Source: Gammaproteobacteria bacterium
Lineage (GTDB): Bacteria > Pseudomonadota > Gammaproteobacteria > Steroidobacterales > Rariloculaceae
Direction of reading: 5' to 3'
NCBI GenBank assembly: GCA_050485545.1
Contig: JBJHBP010000004.1
Location: 67,808-131,807, forward strand
DNA length: 64,000 nucleotides
Below the pieces are notes generated by a model. It saw nothing but the letters and a program-made list of their open reading frames with translations, made no database searches and was not told where the DNA came from. Below, one piece after another: positions 62,727 through 64,000 of this stretch. Position numbers and translations under genes: made by a program. Position 1 is the stretch's first letter. Every line of letters starts with the position of its first letter.

Positions 62727-63443
62727 ATGTCGACCAAGCGCTTCCCCATTGGACTGGAGATGGATGTTTCCTATCCGGACTTCCAGGTCAGTCTGACGCT
62801 CATGTCCACTTCGCAGTTGAAATTCGAAATCAATGAGGGGCCGTTCGCCCGGATCGAGACCGTCGATATCCAGGTCATACCGCTCGGCAACGGCATCTTT
62901 GCCGTCAGCTGGCAGGAAAAGGACGGCGCGACAGTAACGAATGTTCAGGACTACGACCGCGGCGTGATCCACTCGTTCGCCACGCTACCCGACGGACAGT
63001 TTCTGCGAATGACCGGAACACTCTCGATCAAGCGACCGGCTGATCGCATTGCCGATGATCGCCCCCATCGCAACAAGGCGCTGGTGCTGGACGCGATGAC
63101 CGCCCTCTTTCAGCGACACGACGCGTCGGCGGTCGAACGCCTCTATGCGGACGACTACATCCAGCACAATCCCGGCATTCCCCAGGGCCGAGCCGCGCTG
63201 AAGGGGCTCGTCGAAAACCTGTCATCGTCCGTCTACTATGAGCCGGGACTGATCATCGCTGAAGGCGACCTCGTCGCCATCCATGGTCGCATTCGTGGCT
63301 GGGCGGAGGAGCCGCAGATTGTGGTCGATATTTTCCGGGTTCAGGAAGGCAAGCTGGCTGAGCATTGGGACGTGTTGCAGAACGAGGTGCCTGCAACGGC
63401 AGGCGTTGCCGGTCTCTCGATGTTCGATCCCGGGGAATGGTAG
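62727..63443 (+). CDS. Two-domain protein: N-terminal MoaF-like beta domain plus C-terminal SnoaL/NTF2-like domain
   Basis: The C-terminal half (VERLYADDYIQHNPGIPQGRAALKGLV...VAIHGRIRGW...IFRVQEGKLAEHWDVLQ) is a typical SnoaL-like/NTF2 fold. The N-terminal 110 aa resemble MoaF-type lipocalin-like domains. The ATG at 62727 has better SD spacing than the one at 62721. Confidence 0.6.
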   Translation: MSTKRFPIGLEMDVSYPDFQVSLTLMSTSQLKFEINEGPFARIETVDIQVIPLGNGIFAVSWQEKDGATVTNVQDYDRGVIHSFATLPDGQFLRMTGTLSIKRPADRIADDRPHRNKALVLDAMTALFQRHDASAVERLYADDYIQHNPGIPQGRAALKGLVENLSSSVYYEPGLIIAEGDLVAIHGRIRGWAEEPQIVVDIFRVQEGKLAEHWDVLQNEVPATAGVAGLSMFDPGEW

Positions 63444-63462
63444 AGGAGTTGTGGTTAATCCG

Positions 63463-64000
63463 ATGAAAAAACTGAAGCTGGTCGTCATATACGGGTCCGT
63501 GCGCACGGAGCGGCAGGGCATCCGCGCTGCCCGATTCATCGAGACTACTTGCAGAGTCCGCGGGCACGACGTCAATCTGATCGATCCACTCGAGTTTCGC
63601 TTGCCGCTACTCGACAGGATGTATAAGGAGTATGGGAAAAAGAACGTTCCGGAAGTCTTGGAGCGCATGGCAAGACTCATCGTTCCTGCCGATGCATATA
63701 TCATCGTGTCCGGCGAGTACAACCACACGGTCCCGCCGGCCCTGAGCAATCTGCTGGATCACTTTCTCGAGGAATACTTCTGGAAGCCGTCCGCTATCGT
63801 GTGTTACTCGGCGGGAGCATTCGGCGGTGTACGTGCCGCGATGACGCTGCGTTCCATGCTGGCGGAACTAGGAATGAGCAGCATTCCGTCGATCTTCCCT
63901 GTGCCGCACGTACAGGCAGCGTTCCAGGAAGATGGCGCGCCGAACAGAGCCGGATTGCAGGAACGTGCCGAGAAGTTCATGACGGAGCTCGAGTGGTATG
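63463..64000 (+). CDS. NAD(P)H-dependent FMN reductase family oxidoreductase, 3'-truncated by the window edge
   Basis: My own translation: MKKLKLVVIYGSVRTERQGIRAARFI...IIVSGEYNHTVPPALSNLLDH...GGVRAAMTLRSMLAELGM, the FMN_red signature. The frame is open to the window end. Confidence 0.8.
   Translation, partial: MKKLKLVVIYGSVRTERQGIRAARFIETTCRVRGHDVNLIDPLEFRLPLLDRMYKEYGKKNVPEVLERMARLIVPADAYIIVSGEYNHTVPPALSNLLDHFLEEYFWKPSAIVCYSAGAFGGVRAAMTLRSMLAELGMSSIPSIFPVPHVQAAFQEDGAPNRAGLQERAEKFMTELEWY

Overview
High-GC (about two-thirds G+C by eye) proteobacterial-type chromosomal segment with about 57 intact protein genes, three decayed genes and one tRNA-Phe(GAA). I recognised no rRNA, CRISPR array, transposase, integrase or phage gene. 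Positions 1-42 kb look mostly core: the 3' end of an Anbu proteasome-homologue gene, and a circularly permuted ATP-grasp / alpha-E / zinc-ribbon metallopeptidase operon next to two divergent TLC/Npt-like transporter paralogues. This part also holds a penicillin/AHL-acylase-family gene, PQQ sugar dehydrogenase, sucCD divergent from an acylating aldehyde dehydrogenase, xth, mtgA, a hybrid histidine kinase and a DUF4143 ATPase beside tRNA-Phe. It continues with egtBD (ergothioneine), secreted SGNH and CE15-like esterases, acs, yggX-mutY, asmA, and an amidohydrolase-OMP pair. Positions 42-64 kb look accessory. They are rich in paralogues: three YcaC-like isochorismatase-family hydrolases, two pirins, two alpha/beta hydrolases (one decayed) and an Amidohydro_3 enzyme. 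The block also carries an MFS_3 exporter, an alginate-export-family porin, a cNMP-domain/TrxR-like flavoprotein, and actinobacterial-flavoured genes (LAL-type LuxR regulator, GPP34 protein, non-heme chloroperoxidase-like hydrolase). The features existing families do not explain are two pairs of duplicated regulatory modules of about 180-320 bp. Pair A/B sits at 46.4 and 48.6 kb, is tied to the LAL regulator, and carries a conserved mini-ORF. Pair C/D sits at 53.4 and 60.1 kb in divergent promoter regions. These modules have been placed in front of different cargo genes. All protein calls rest on my recognition of motifs and families in the supplied translations; no database search was run.
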